In this document: one piece after another, positions 12,875 through 24,700 of the stretch
Layout: every line of letters begins with the position of its first letter
Numbering within the stretch: position 1 is the stretch's first letter
Assembly: GCA_039545335.1 (NCBI GenBank)
Contig: BCIN01000010.1
Coordinates: 1 to 64,000 of the forward strand
Source: Kondoa subrosea
Taxonomy: Eukaryota
Reading direction: 5' to 3'
Length of the DNA: 64,000 nucleotides
Notes under the pieces: model-generated
What the model saw: the letters and a program-made list of their open reading frames with translations, nothing else
Databases searched by the model: none
Told to the model about the DNA's origin: nothing
Translations under genes and position numbers: made by a program

Positions 12875-15512
12875 CTAACCTCCGTTATTGGTGAATAAAT
12901 AAGAAGTCGCCTGCATAAGGCTATTTCAAGCCTTTTCCATTGCGCGCCGGACAAGAAGCAGCTTACCAGGTCATAGCTATGGCAGTTAAGAGGCATATAC
13001 ATGAGCGAACGGAGTTGCTACTCAAGAGAGAGAAAAGATACCACATCCAAGAGATGCCCATAGCTGTGCAATATCCATGAGTACGGCAAATATTCGAATG
13101 TCAAAGAACATACAGGGCGCGACTTTCAAAAGAGTGGGTGCGAGACCCTGACGAACGCGAAAAGGCACTCAGCGAAAAGACGATTGGTCAGCTTGAGAGA
13201 CGAACCTTGTAAAAGCCTTTTGGACCCTCCTTGGTCCACGTCTGCTGTATAACGTCTCGGAACTGCAAATAACTGTCAGTCTGGTGTGTCATTGAAGGGA
13301 ATTGACCTCACTCCATTATACTTGGCGGAATGCGCTGAAGTCCCTTGAGCTTGTAGTCTTGTTCTAATGAGGTTAAGCGGATAGACAGAAGCAGCCCTTC
13401 ATGGGTTCAGCTCTCGGGCGAATGGACGAAACTATGACTCTCACCCTATACCGCCTGAAAGCGCTCCGAACAGCAGAGATGCAGCAGCTCCTGGTTCTTC
13501 TGCTCCTGTCTGTAATTAATCACTTTAGCATCCGTCTATTCAAAGCAGGAAAGGCATTACGTAAGCTATATAGTAATTCTTTTGAAGTTCATACAAAGCA
13601 GCGTCCGCTTTGAAAGACCGTCAGAACGTCCTTACAGCCAGCTCCAAATTCAACTCACTCGCTGCGTAGGGAAAGACACCAATCATACCCATCGTCAATC
13701 CATTGTAAAAAGGTTTTATTCCTCCTGTGGTATACATTGTTCTGACAATATGTCGTATTAGCTTGGTACCGGATAGTTCTCCGCCTTGAGAGGACTGCAG
13801 CCTTGTCTGATACGATGCTTGAGCTTTCGAGCAGAACAAATGTGATCAGGGTATACCTTGACTGTTTCGATCTGCATGTCCTGCATCAGGGAATGTCCTC
13901 TTGTATATTCACAACGAAACATACCGGATATATACTGAATTGACTCGACATTCCGCCCAATCCGCCAGAAATGAATCGAGACGTATTACTGATCTGACTC
14001 GTATCGCTCACTTTGTCGACATGTTTGGCAAAGAAACGTCTGAGTAAGATTGCTTATGAGTAATGAAGCCAGATGCATAACAAAGATACTCACTTTGATG
14101 TTTCGTAGGTAAGAAATCTTGTGGCAGACTTTGACTGAGGTCATCGCTCTCAATACAAAGAAACTCACTTTAGAGCTGATTCGGGAAAGATCTGTAAGCT
14201 GAGTTAGCAAGTATCTATGGATCAAGCGATAAGTACCGTACCTTGATGACATTCAGTCCATTCCCGACGAAGAAGCCACGTAAACCAGAACCCTCGCTAT
14301 ATATCGCTTTGCAAGCTTCAGTCAAAGCGATCAAACCTTTCCCGCTGGCTTTGGCTATCCGAATGGGATTGATAGATTTGATGTCTTTGGCCATATTTTG
14401 GGCAGAAACTTTGGAAACGGAAGAAGTGGAAGTGATAAGATGAACTTTCAGTCGATCGAAAGGTGCTGTTGCGCTTCGAGAGATAGCGCCTGCTATTCCA
14501 CCTGCTAGCAAATATTTGCCTGCCTGGAATGTACATATGAGAAAGACAGCCAAGAGCGCTATGATGGATTGCTTACTCCGTCTAATATTGATTTATTTAC
14601 ATCTTCTTCACCCTCTTCTGTCGCTTTGCTGATAGATTTGCTCTCTGCTTTCGATGTACTAGAATTCTTCTGATCGCCAGCCTTCTTGGAAGCTATCATC
14701 CTAGCTTAGAAGGCCGTTGATGACACATTAGTCGAGCTCGTACGTTTTTCGCCGACTGTTACATCTCCATCCTGAGTGACTTGATGTGAAGGTCGTCGAA
14801 GAGGTTTAGCAGCTCGATAGAAGGTTACTATTTCTTGCAAAGAAGCTGAACGAGGTAAGAGGAGCAGGAATTCTCTGAATTCATCAAACGAGATAGCACC
14901 GCTTTGATCTATGTCTAGAGCTGAGAAGAAGTCTTGCAAAGCTTGTTGACTCTGTAAGATAGTCAATGAGGGGGAAAGCGAGCGAATGATGAAGATTTAC
15001 CATAGCGATGTTTCTCTCTTGCAGAGCATTTTTTAGTTCTTCGCGATTCAGCTCATTATCGTGGTCCTTACACTTCAATCAGGCGTCCAGTCTTCGCCCG
15101 AGAACGATGTATTGACATACCTTGTCCAGGATTTGAAAGACATCCCAGAGCTCGCGCTCCTTCTGATCCGCATACTTCTGGAACAGTTCAAATGAGAGAG
15201 CTCGCTTCTTTCCTTTGCCTTCACTTTCACGTCCGCATTCATCGTAAAGCAGCTCAGCATACTCCCGTCGTAAACGCTCTCGAGCTTTCTCTTCGCTCGA
15301 CAGATCTTCCTCTGAATCCGCAGAATTTACACCAATGGCATTCTGCGCAATAGGTGAATGAGAGAAGAGAACAGCCGTCATGATATCCAGCGAACCGCTT
15401 CAACAAGTGTATCATATTTTCTTTTCAGTTGCTTGGCTCGTCGTTCTTTTGCTCCATCTCTCGCGTTGTATGCATCCAGGCCATTTGACCTCGACGTAGA
15501 AGGTTGGCTCAT
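12875..15512 (-). CDS. SAL1: Calcium-binding mitochondrial ATP-Mg/Pi carrier (EF-hands + SLC25 repeats)
   Basis: EF-hand loops [12 protein letters not shown] and [13 protein letters not shown]; carrier repeats [35 protein letters not shown] and [11 protein letters not shown]. Ends with a 10-nt microexon (12967-12976) and [11 protein letters not shown]. Confidence 0.9.
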
Positions 15513-15773
15513 ATCTCACTCGTGTTTCGTTGCATCATTACAAGTTCATAATCTAGCTCTACAACTCAACTCGCGACAATGTCCTGGTCGGACTGATACC
15601 TAGCCTAGTGCTGTGGATACAACAGCCTGACAGCGAGTTCTGTCTCTAGAATATCCTGCTGCCCGCTCATACTTGTGCCGAAACTGCTGCCGACGAGGAA
15701 TAGGCCAATCCATTCTGCAGTGTGAATAGCTTGAAAGGAGCCCTTACTCCTGAACACCTATGCAGCATCTCCG

Positions 15774-18252
15774 ATGTCAAGCAGACAATCATCGATCACG
15801 ATGCTCGAAGAACCGACGGCGGTCGATGATGATTTGAAAACGAAACCCGTGTCTAGTAAAGCGTATCAAGAGGAGACACTCAAAACTCAGGCGCTGTCAC
15901 ACAATGACCGTAAAGTAGATGTTCCGGCTGCAGAAAAATTTGCAGAAGAGCAGGTAAAGGAAGAAGGGAAGCAAGTGATAGATCAGACCGACCCATTTCT
16001 AGTCCAATGGCCTCAAGATGTCCCAGACAAAGACAATCCACTTGACTGGTCGCCAGCAAGACGATGGTTCATCACTAGTATTGCTGGTCTTCTAGTCCTC
16101 AACGCGACTTTCGTTTCTTCCGCACCTTCTGGAGTCTCGCAATCGATGGAAGAGCACTATCATTTTGGCCAAGAGATCTCGACATTGACTATATCGCTCT
16201 TTGTTTTAGGCTATGTGTTGGGTCCTGTTGTCCATGGTCCTTTATCTGAACGTATAGGAAGACGCAAAGTCTTCATCTATTCTTTTGCGCCTTATTCCGC
16301 CTTTCAATTGGGTTGCGCTCTTAGTCCTAATACTGCTGTTCGTCTGTCTAGATACCTTGCGAAATTTCAATCTGATTGGAGTGACAGGCTCTGCTTATCT
16401 TTCGACTGCTTTCTGGCACAATGTGTTCATCGGCAGTTGTTTGCACGTATGTGCTACTGCCTGCGCCCTCAGATCTAGATAGATGACTGACTTCTTGTAA
16501 ACAGTGGTGCTATGATGGGAGATCTACACCGTCCAGCTTCTATAGCGCTGGCTTTGAGTGTTTTCACGTAAGCTTAATTCCGTATCGTGAAGCCTTTGCT
16601 CAATTCGATCAACAGACTTGGTCCTATGGTATGCTTATACACCTGATCCGGTAGTAGAAGAAAGTTTTCAGCTTACTCTTCTTAACCAGGTTGGTCCTGC
16701 TCTAGGTCAGTCAATACCGCTTCCGAATCTCAGTCATTCTGAATTTTTAGCTTAGGACCGTTGGTCAGTGGCTATATTCAAGTTTCTGGGGCTTCCTTCC
16801 ATATTCTCTTTTGGTTAACGTTCGGTTTCGCCGTCTTCTGCACTTTGGTCGTCATCTTCCTACTTCCTGAAACTTATGCTCCAACGTTACTGGATCGAAG
16901 AGCTGCGCAACTTCGGAAAGAGGTTTGCAAAATATGTCGCTGTTTATGGTCGTGGTCTGATTGCTTATGACACAGAAAGGCGACGATCGATATTACACGA
17001 TTTTTGAGAAGCAACGTAAAAAGGCTTCTCCTGGTCGATTAGCGTACGATCTGGTCGCTTCGCCGTTTATACTTCTGTTTACTGTAAGTGTGACTCGATC
17101 TACAGAGAAGACAAACTAATCTGATTGAGCAGGAACCGATATTGCTCTGTATAACGATATACAACTCCTTCCTCTATGGTGTTCTTTGTAAGTAATATAA
17201 TTCGAGGTATATTCTCTGACCGACAGGATCTACAGATTTACTGTTTCAGGTAAGCTTTTGGCATACGGAAAGTTCCTGTCTGAAACGCTAAGTGATGAAT
17301 CAAGGCTGTGCCCAAGATTTTCATCGATGTATATGGCTTCAATGTAGGAGAGAATGGTCTGGCATTTCTGAGTGAGTTGTATTCATTTTATTCCGCTGGA
17401 GCCCTGATCTGATGATTTCGCGCATAGCTACTGTTCTTGGGTAAATCATCTCTTATGTAGTCGTGACACTCGGCTGAGTCTGGGTTTTAGAGGGTTACTG
17501 GCTGTTCTGAGCGGTATGTCGAGAAGCCACTTATAGCTTTACCCTTACTTACGGCTCTTACAGTCATCTTTGTGTTCAATCCCATGTACATGCGAGTGTC
17601 CGAGAAGTGTGCTCCTGAGAAGGCTCCACCCGAAGCTAGAATGCCTCAAGCAATGGCGAATGCGCCTCTACTTGTAATCTCGTTTTTTATACTTGCTTGG
17701 ACGAGCTATGGTCTGTCTTGCCCGCGATTCTAGCGAAGTGCCATTAAGTACAGTGACAGCCTCAATATCGTATGNCGTCTNNNTCTTTGGGCTCTTTCTG
17801 CTTGGAAGTGCTAACATTGGTCTGTTCAACCCTCGTAAGCACGACAATCGATGTGCTGACGAAGTAATCTGACGATCTGAGCTTCACTCAACAGTCATCG
17901 CATATATAGTCGATGTATATGGCTACAGGTTTGTTCTGACGCTGCAAAGTGATTTTCCGCTGATGAGATCCAGATCATCGACTGCACTGGCAGCGAATGT
18001 CATGTGTCGCTCTATCTGTGGCTGTGTCTTTCCGCTTTTTGCAAACCAGATGTATGGTGTGTCTCCAAAACAGCCATTTTACATATATACTCTTGCTAAT
18101 ATCCTGCCCAATCGGTACCAGATGCTCTGAACGTTCACTGGGCGACAACTCTGCTTGGATGTGTATCAGTATTGCTTCTGCCGATACCCTTTCTCTTTAC
18201 CAAATATGGGGAAAGAATAAGAAGGAGATCAAAAGGAGCAGCGAATCGTTGA
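15774..18252 (+). CDS. MFS drug:H+ antiporter, DHA1 family
   Basis: DNPLDWSPARRW, ISLFVLGYVLGP, GPLSERIGRRKV (motif A), LPETYAPTLL, PPEARMP and C-terminal FTKYGERIRRRSK. Many short exons; Ns at about 17775-17783. Confidence 0.9.
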
Positions 18253-18411
18253 TTTCATTTGTTGATACTTAGCACTTGTACATATGCATATTGGCATCTT
18301 GCATTTTGTTCTTTCTTCCCCTCGCTTAACCTCTTTAGCATTCGGGCAAAACGATGAAGCGGGGACGTTTTTATCGTGTATTTGATTCGTGCTTATTCTG
18401 CATAAGGGACC

Positions 18412-19965
18412 ATGAAGATTACATCTGCTACTTTGACAGTCTTGGCGACACTGCTTGCAGGTGAGATAAATGGGCAAATCATCGTAAATCTCGGCCGCTC
18501 AAAAAATGGTTTTGATCAGTTCAAGCGCATTCTGAGCCAAAGACGCCTGAAGAAATCGCTTCATATCAAGCACTTCAAGCACAAGCTTATCACTGTGCTC
18601 CAGCTGTAGCAGCCTACGAAGCACAGCGCAAACGATCATGGGCACACAAGATGCTGGGAGCGGATGCTTTAGCTGACAAGAACTTGTTCTTGGAAGGAGC
18701 TTTCGATGATAACAAGAAACGTGCCGGACCTCTTCTTTCGTGTGAAGAAGTAGTGGAGACAAAGATTCACAACAATACTTGTGTACTGGGTAAGTGCTCA
18801 AATGATAGCGAGTCTTCATGATGTTGAAGATCGTAAATAGCTCCCGAGGTCACACAAGGACCGTACTACCATACAGAAGGTCATCCCATACGTCAGAATA
18901 TGGCTGAGTGGCAGTTAGGCGTTCTCTTCGTACGTAGCATTGCCAAAAGAAGACCTATCTGATCGTGTTCCGATAGCTGATGGACATCGGTGTTATCGAT
19001 GTCGAAACATGCGAACCTTACGAAGGCGTCTTGATCGATGCATGGGTCAGTGTCTTTCATTCGGATGTGAGCATCGGCTCAATTCTTTGCAGCACGCCAA
19101 TGCTACTGGATACTATGCTGGTCATCCTGCTCCTAAGCCCGAACTCGTCAATGAAGAGCCGCAACGCGGTGGACCAAGGAGCGGGCTGCTTTCTGCCTAT
19201 CCTTTGACGAAGCCAGAGGAGACATGGTTACGAGGAGCTTGGCCATCTGACAAGAATGGTGTCGTACAATTCACAAGTAAGCAAATTCCTTATACCATAC
19301 TAGAAGATTTGAGCTTACCTTAGACACGCAGCCATCTTCCCTGGCTTGTGAGCGCTTGCATTGGGAACAGTTTTGACAAGGCTGACCGCTTTGACACAGT
19401 TACACTGGGCGAGCAACGCATATGTGAGTGAATGTTCAGAACGCGCAATTGTTTTCGCTCATTCCTCTTAGTCATATTCGAGCGCATACCGAATGGACTA
19501 CAAACGCCAACAACACTTTCAACACCAAGAATATGATCTACACTGGTCAAGTCTTTGTTCCAGATGATGTAAACATCGAGATTGACAAAGTCTACGTGTG
19601 TTGACTATCACGGCTTGCTTGCTGTTACTGATCGATTACTGGCAGCCATACAACACCAACCCCCTCTTCCACGACCGCACCAAACATGGCCGAACTCGCA
19701 ACTGGAGAGATAGCTTAGGCATCTTCCCTGATTCTCACAGAAATGGTCACAACCCAACGATGGAAATTCAAAAGCTGAACGGAGTTCTCGAGCAAGGGCT
19801 GATCGGTTATATTACACTCGTACGTGCGCCCAGTTGGTCCAGAAGCTCGCTAATAGCGTTGGCAGGGCTTGAACAAGACCGCAGGTCGTCTTGACACTCC
19901 GTAAGTTCTAATTTCACCTGATCTGCTGGTCTTTGCGCTTACCGACTCACAGATGGCATCCGTGA
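18412..19965 (+). CDS. Secreted intradiol ring-cleavage dioxygenase-like protein
   Basis: Signal-peptide-like MKITSATLTVLATLLA; CVLAPEVTQGPYY, DVETCEP, HANATGYY, WLRG, spliced IFPGFYTGRATHIH and TGQVF. Confidence 0.85.
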
Positions 19966-20150
19966 TCGCGCACTTGCGCACAGACGTTTGTAGATAAGAC
20001 GCATGAGTATTGAGGTATATTATCATAGTTCTGTTGCATTTTCGAAAATATCTTTGCTTCTAAACATGACCTCCAGCTCCTCATATATCATACAATGCCT
20101 CAATCTGATGCAACAGCCGTCTATGCCTTAAACCACAGCCAAAGTCCTTG

Positions 20151-21510
20151 CTACTGCGTCCTAAGCACCTTCACTGTTCTCCCCACTGCACAAGCCAACC
20201 ATTCCTTTCCACCTCCGTGACCGCAAGCAACACTGTTAATCTCGCTCCCGGCTTCCCAAGCCAATACTGGCTCTCTTACTGTCCTGGTCTGAACAAGATT
20301 AACTTTCTTCTCCCTCGCTGTTGTTCCATTGGAGTTACTGGCGTCCTTCACAGTCTCAACTCTTCCAATCGTTCCGTTGAATGCAGCCGTTCCATCCCAA
20401 ATCAAAGCTAACCCATCATCGCCAACAGTAGCAAGACAAGAACTTTCTATTCCACTCAAACCATTTGTCCACACTAGACCGTTCACGCTTGCTTTGTGAG
20501 CTTTAAATTCGGCTACTGGAATACCAGGTTGACGAATATCAATAAGCAAGATGTTAGGTGAAGAGTCATGCACCACAGCAAGTGAGGAAGGGTTGTCTGG
20601 ATCAAAAGCGATCTTCAGTAGAGGTTGTTGATTCAGTACGGGGGAGATTGAGGTGGATGGCAGCATTGAAGAGGAAGAAGAAAGTTTAGGTGAAGTTATT
20701 GGAGGGGAAGAAGCTTCATAGAGGATTGTGCTGTGTTCCAATGATCGGACGTCGAACATTCGGACTGAACCGTCTGCTCCGCAAGAAGCAAAGATATCGC
20801 GCCCGGTCGATGTTGGCGTTGAAGCAGAGGATATGGAAGAAGGTTGCCAACTTTAGTGATCCATCAGATTAGGGCAAAAGACAGCAACAGAGTACTGACG
20901 CTACATCATATACCTCTCTGTCGTGCGCTATCAATTGAGTTACAGCAACCTGACTGACAACGTCCCAGAGAGTAACAGTAGTATTTGTGGACGAAGTGAG
21001 GATAAGTGAAGGTTCGACCGTTGACCAAGCGAAAGAAGTAAGAGGAGCAGTGAAATCAGATTTGGCGGGCTGCAACAGAGCTTCGCGTTCAGCTTAGCTT
21101 CTAACAGAGTGTTTTTGCGAACTAACATTTGTCAATACACATCTTGGCGCAAGAGACGCATTTCTAGGATCTTGATCATTGCAGTCCCATATCCGTAGTG
21201 CATCAGAAGTAGAAGCCAAAAGATCATGACCATGAGAGAGTTTCTGTTTGAGGGATCCAGGTGCGAAGGCGACTTTCGTCGCAGGATAAGAATGAGGAGC
21301 TGAAGCTATTGGCACAAAGGAATTGCCATCGTCATGATTGGCTGGACGCAAGACTGTGACACTGTTCTCTCCTCCTGTTCGAGCTTCGAAGCTTCCTACA
21401 GCTAACTTGAGGTCGGATGGCAGCGCTGGCGTTTGATGAGTCGCTTGACTTGATGAGAAGGCCAGAGCAAAAGCAGGGCTGCTCATTTGATACTCTATCA
21501 CGTCTGCCAT
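20151..21510 (-). CDS. WD40 protein, DCAF7/WDR68/AN11 family
   Basis: HSYPATK, DLLASTSDALRIW, FTAPLTSFAW, TQLIAHDREVYDV and ADGSVRMFDVRSLEHSTILYE are signature segments of the family. Confidence 0.9.
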
Positions 21511-21729
21511 CCTGCCCTTGAGTCAACTGCTATTTCCTATGTTGAAGCTCTGTCACGGCTTGAGAGCAGACAAATAGCTGCACCAGCTTGCACTGTTCTG
21601 GTATGATCTAGAAAGGTATAAAGCAGTCCAGAATGGTATCTTACGCTAGCTCTTCGCGGTATCCAAGCAAGTCGCGGAAAGTACAATTGCTGATGCGCGC
21701 AAACATGTCTAGGTTTGGATGAACTATCT

Positions 21730-24700
21730 CTATACTTTCCTCCTCGTCTGCTCGAGCAATGCCAATCTCTTGAAAATCCCATCTTCCTGCAGCAATTCTT
21801 CCGGTGAACCCATTTGAACGATTCTGCCTTTGTCCATCGCAATCACACAGTCCGCATCTCTGATCGTGGATATTCGATGCGCAACGACAAGAACGGTCAC
21901 GTTCTTGAATTCCTCGCGAAGGACTTCTTGAATCGCTTGACTGAAAGAGACAAGAGAGAGACAATCAGCTCCGCAGACTCTAGGGCTGTTTTTTTAACAT
22001 ACTCAGAGACTGAATCAAGACTGCTGGAAGCCTCATCTAAGCAAAGAATGGGGCGTTTGCGCACTGGAAGCTCATCAGTCCAAGTAGGCACGCGCTGAGA
22101 GATGGATCTCACAAAGAGCACGAGCCAAGGCTAGGAGCTGCCTGTTTCCCCTGCTGATCATCTGACCTTGACTCGAGACTTCATGATCCAATTTGCCAGG
22201 TAGAGCTTCGATGAAGGACTTAATTCGAGCCTTTTCTACTGCTCCCCATAATTCTTCGTCTGTAGCAGTTCCATCAGGGTCCAAATTCAATCTTATAGCG
22301 CAATCAATCAACAAGGCTTCTTGAGGAATGATCGAGATGGCATGTCGAAGTGCTTGAAGGTGTATGGTGCTGATGTCGATCCCGCCAATCAGTATTGACC
22401 CTCCAGCATCGATCTCTTGCAGTCGATAGAGACACGCCAAGAGAGAACTCTTCCCAGCACCCTATCCAAGCTTTTAACTTTTGGTTATAAGGACTATAAT
22501 TCACGACTCACAGTCCTTCCACAAACGCCGTAGACTTTGCCAGGCTCAAGGCTGAGGTTTAGGTTGTGCAGAACCGGCTGGCTTTCTGGTGCATAGCGAA
22601 GTGAGACGTTCTTGAATTGAATACTTGGCTCTTTCAACCAATCGCCTGCGCTTTTACGGAGATCGGTTGCAACTATGTCTTCAGTTGTTTCGCGAGGCAG
22701 GTCAATGACGGCTTGCATTCTTCCGATGGATACCGAGACGATCTCAACCTCTGCACACCTTATCAGCCCAGCGCAAATAGATGAGATCAGCTCGAACTCA
22801 CCTGTCAAAGCTTCGAAGAATGCGCGCAAGATTCCACTTAAAGCAATAGCAGATACAAGAGCGACCGCCAAGGAGGCGTCTGCTTCTCTTCGCGAGACTG
22901 CTACCATAACTAGTACGAGCACAACCAGCATCACAGATAAACCGAGAGACAAGATAAACCAGTTCCTCCCTACTCAGAACTCAAATAAAGAAGGACAGCT
23001 AATCGAGCAGGATGGATACTTACCGGTCCATAACAATAGCCAAGGCTTGTTGAAGTCCGTTACTATTCACTAGCGCTGAGCGTCATACTTCATAAAGCAT
23101 TGATACTTACTGAATTCAGTAGCTTGATGTATTAAAGCAGGTTGAGCAGCAAATGCGCGAATATGTTTCAGGCCATTGAGATCTTGAGCAACCATTACAG
23201 TAGAGTATAACTCGGTTTTGGAAGCGCTAACTAGCTTGCGAAGTTGCTTCGAGGTAGGCAGGTAGAACCTCCTGAAAGCCTCAGCGCAGCAACCTGAGAA
23301 TACCATCACGATCAAGGTGTAAGGACTGGCGATGATTGCAGGCATGACCATGGCGACAATCATCGCAGAAATTTGCACGGCTTGTTGAAGAACCAGCTTT
23401 AATAGAACGATAAGTGATAAGACAGCACAAGTACGCGAATTGAGCTGACTGGCAATTCAGTCTCCACTGCATTGGAGTCACTTGAAAATCTGTTGAGCAA
23501 GAAAGAGCTGGACTGCCGATCGAGCAACGAAACTGCTGAGCCAAGTAAAGCTGTGATTTGACGAATGTGCAGAGCTCTTGCAGCTGCTACTGGATGGCTT
23601 TTGTTCACCGTGAACCACCCTGGCAACAGTATATGAGCAATTGCTCACTAAGAACGAATCTTGACGCTTACATATGGCAGCAGCAATTAGATAGAAGATA
23701 GTAACGCCCACAAGCTGCAAAGATGCATAAGCTTATGAGCCTGGTGGAACCTCAAATACTTACTCCTCCAATCCATTTCCAGGCATCAGCATCTTTCGCA
23801 TCCGATGCGTTCGAAGTCCAAGCTCGCGAATAATAGAGAAAGCCAATCTGGAATAGCGGCCAAGCAAGCAAGCAGAACACAATGGCTGTGACATTAGGTC
23901 TAAGTCCAGCCGCCTTGATATATGTCAGTATGGACGTTGACACTTTGCTTTGATCCGCGTCCGCTTCTCTGTCGGCTCTAGTCTGATTCGCTGTGGAGCT
24001 CGATTCTGATTTATCCAACGACATTGGCACAAACACTTCTTGCTTGCGAATTTGAGGTGACTGATGTGAAGTACTGCTTGCGGAGTTTTCGGCTATACCG
24101 AGATCCTTGTGTGCACTTAGAAAGCCTTGAAACTCTGATTGTTGCGACAAGTCAGCAAAAGAGCCTTCAGTACAGCCAACGCCATCTTCAGCCAAGAAGA
24201 TTAGATGATCCGCTTCTGCAAAGTGATGAGTCGAGTTGGAAGTCATGATGACGGTTTTGTCTTTCAGAAGCCCATTGGAAGTGTTGAACAGTGCTTTGAA
24301 GACGTATGCAGACGTTGTGTTATCGAGAGCACTGAATACATCGTCCAAAATAACCAAATCAGATTCGGCGTAAAGACAGCGAGCTATTGCGATGCGCTTT
24401 TCCCAATTTCAGTGAACAGCGATGGCGGACAGCAAGGAACACAACCAACCTGTTTCTGCCCACCTGAGCTCTCAGTAGCTGGCGAAAGATCTTGCTTATC
24501 CATTTCCGCCAAGTCGATATCTAGACCGCAGGCTTGCAGTACCTGCAAGTACAAAGCTTCGTTCATGGCTTTCCCAAAGAGGATGTTGGAGCGGATGGAT
24601 TCCGAAGGTGAAAGAAACGGATCTTGGGACGCGAAAGCCATAGATACACTCGGAACCGATACTGTTCCGGCTAAGACGTCGTATTCTCTGAGAATACTCA

